This document shows, one piece after another, positions 62,408 to 64,000 of a DNA stretch of 64,000 nt (positions within the stretch are counted from its first letter, which is position 1; each line of letters starts with the position of its first letter). A model generated the notes under the pieces. That model worked only from the letters and a program-made list of their open reading frames with translations. It was not told where the DNA came from and searched no databases. This DNA is from Acidobacteriota bacterium (GTDB taxonomy: Bacteria > Acidobacteriota > Blastocatellia > Pyrinomonadales > Pyrinomonadaceae): positions 6,140 to 70,139 of the forward strand of contig JAIVJJ010000235.1 of the NCBI GenBank assembly GCA_020200095.1, given 5' to 3'. A program made the position numbers and the translations under genes.

Positions 62408-64000
62408 CTAAAAGGTAAAGCGTCCGACGAGTTGAATGATACGCGGACGGTTACCCGGCGACGTAACTTGCCCAAACGTGGCAGAACCGAATTGTACGCT
62501 TAACGGCGATCCGAATACGACCATATTGAAAGCATTCAAAAATTCAGCGCGAAGCTGTAATTTTTGTCTGCCTTCACCGAAAGTGACGTTCTTAATGATT
62601 GATAAGTCTATGTTTTTGTAATTATCGCGGCGAATGTCGTTGTATGTGCGAGCGCCGCCAAACTCAAAATTTTCCTCACTTGGACGCGAGAAAGCATCCA
62701 GGTTAAAGACCGGCAAGCCTTCGCGCACGCGACTTCCATAATCGCCATACATCGGGTCAACTCCGCTCACTCGATTAGGACGGCGCTGCAAATTTCCAAC
62801 TGCGGCTAATCCGCTGGTCAGTTGGAAGCCCTGATAAGTAATGGTTATCGGAGCGCCGGTTTGGTAAACTCCCGAACCGGAAATTTGCCAGCCGCCGAGA
62901 AATGCGTTTGTCAGACCGTTCCAATTATTGCCAATCCATTTTCCTCTTCCGAACGGAAGTTCGTAGGTGAAACTTGCGGTGAAACGATGGGGAACGTCCA
63001 AAGTCGAATACGAATACTCTTCGTCGTAATTCGAGATGTCTTCGGCGTTTGTCGGGTCCGTGAATCGCGCTCCTGCGCCCGCGCCGCCCGTATCGAGCAG
63101 TTTCGACCAGACATAATTTGACAGCAGCGAAAAGCCGTTGCTAAATCGTTTCTGCAAATTAACCTGCAAGGCGTGGTAATCGCTGTAACCGATATGCGGG
63201 CTAAACAGACCGACAGTTGTATATTGTGGGAAACGCCGCAACAACTGCGCACGCGGAAGCGTCGCGCCGTTAAGTGTTGTTCCCGGCAGCAATCCGACAA
63301 ACGGATTCGGCACTTGTTGAGAAAAGAAGCTGGCAATACTCGTCGCACGCCCGGCGGCTACTTCACCGCGAGCAAATTCTATAGTTTCCGAAGAGATTTG
63401 ATTTAAGGGAATGTCGCGCGTCGGAAGATTTCTGCCGCGACTGCCGACGTAAGCAACGTCCAAAACTAAGTTTCTAGCCAGTTCTCTCTGAAGAACCAGA
63501 TTCCACTGCATATTGTATGGATTCGGTCGTTCCGGTTCGACCACAAAGCCGAGCGCAAGTCCGAGCGAAGTGTTCGCGCCGAGCGAATTTCCAGTCGGCG
63601 TTCGCAAACCGGGATTAGTGAACGGGTTGCTCAAAAATATGGTTTGGTTGGTTACCTGCGTCGTGCCGGAGATAAACGGCGTTTGGGTTTGCGGGCTGGT
63701 AATGTTTGTTCCGGTTGCCGTCAGCGCTTCGAGCGAGATAGGCAGAAAGAACATTCCGAAACCGCCGCGGATAGTCGTTTTATTATTTAAGCTGTATGCA
63801 AAACCGATGCGCGGAGCGAAACGATCGTAATTAGTTTTCGTCTGTGGACCTTCGGGAAAACTGAGTAATCCGTTTAAATTTCTGATGCCCGGATTTATCG
63901 CCGCGACAGCCGGGTCAAGATTTGTTAAATTTAACCTTCCCTGCAAAGGCGATGGCGCGTCAAAATCAAAATTACTAACGAGTTGCTGCTTATTGGCGGT
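62408..64000 (-). CDS. TonB-dependent receptor, C-terminal part (5' end outside window)
   Basis: The reading frame stays open to the window edge. Beta-barrel-like alternating pattern, terminal ...RIIQLVGRFTF with C-terminal Phe. Confidence 0.8.
   Translation of the reverse strand, partial: TANKQQLVSNFDFDAPSPLQGRLNLTNLDPAVAAINPGIRNLNGLLSFPEGPQTKTNYDRFAPRIGFAYSLNNKTTIRGGFGMFFLPISLEALTATGTNITSPQTQTPFISGTTQVTNQTIFLSNPFTNPGLRTPTGNSLGANTSLGLALGFVVEPERPNPYNMQWNLVLQRELARNLVLDVAYVGSRGRNLPTRDIPLNQISSETIEFARGEVAAGRATSIASFFSQQVPNPFVGLLPGTTLNGATLPRAQLLRRFPQYTTVGLFSPHIGYSDYHALQVNLQKRFSNGFSLLSNYVWSKLLDTGGAGAGARFTDPTNAEDISNYDEEYSYSTLDVPHRFTASFTYELPFGRGKWIGNNWNGLTNAFLGGWQISGSGVYQTGAPITITYQGFQLTSGLAAVGNLQRRPNRVSGVDPMYGDYGSRVREGLPVFNLDAFSRPSEENFEFGGARTYNDIRRDNYKNIDLSIIKNVTFGEGRQKLQLRAEFLNAFNMVVFGSPLSVQFGSATFGQVTSPGNRPRIIQLVGRFTF

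Noticed and set aside
1-64000. Looked for prophage, transposon, integron or genomic-island hallmarks (integrase, transposase, tRNA-flanked direct repeats) around the central cassette.
   Set aside because: No integrase-like or transposase-like ORF and no tRNA gene was recognised. The cassette appears chromosomally embedded between a hybrid HK gene and an RRM-protein gene.

Overview
Dense bacterial chromosomal window with about 55 credible protein genes, mostly on the minus strand. I recognised no rRNA, tRNA, CRISPR array, transposase or integrase. The taxon cannot be fixed from sequence alone. A TIGR02999/ECF43-type sigma factor paired with a giant Ser/Thr kinase, a TonB-dependent-receptor C-terminus and an FG-GAP/CSLREA secreted protein suggest an Acidobacteria-like soil bacterium (inference only). 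Layout: 0-8.4 kb is a housekeeping block (comF-like, dksA/traR-like, rlmH, SGNH hydrolase, rsfS, nadD, obg, a 1-kb ORF-free gap, rpmA, rplU). 8.5-28 kb is mixed metabolism and signalling (NDH-2-like, O-methyltransferase, ECF sigma plus a 1425-aa kinase, selO, HIT, DEAD-box helicase, FG-GAP protein). 28-36 kb is a signalling island: a hybrid histidine kinase preceded by a five-gene cassette of vWA, PP2C, small helical-domain ORF, Cys-rich beta-helix protein and kinase-Zn-ribbon-FHA-like protein. This cassette sits at the window centre and is my top candidate for an undescribed system, an expanded TerY-P-like ternary module. 36-39 kb holds an RRM protein, infA, and CYTH plus a frameshifted CHAD gene. 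39-45 kb is a peptide ABC importer. 45-64 kb starts with a second copy of the small helical domain on a proline-rich tail-anchored protein. It is followed by a 17-kb co-directional amino-sugar/glycan utilisation array (nanE, BadF-type sugar kinase, FAD oxidoreductase, GSP-synthase-like ligase, hydantoinase-like, class A beta-lactamase-like, two GH3, GHL10-like, permease, TonB-dependent receptor). Non-coding highlights: a tetraloop-rich candidate ncRNA with a strong terminator and an adjacent DnaA-box cluster between rpmA and obg. There is also a family of tandem heptanucleotide arrays (AAAATCC and others) that abut or overlap start codons and build intergenic palindromes. All family names come from motif reading by eye; no searches were run.
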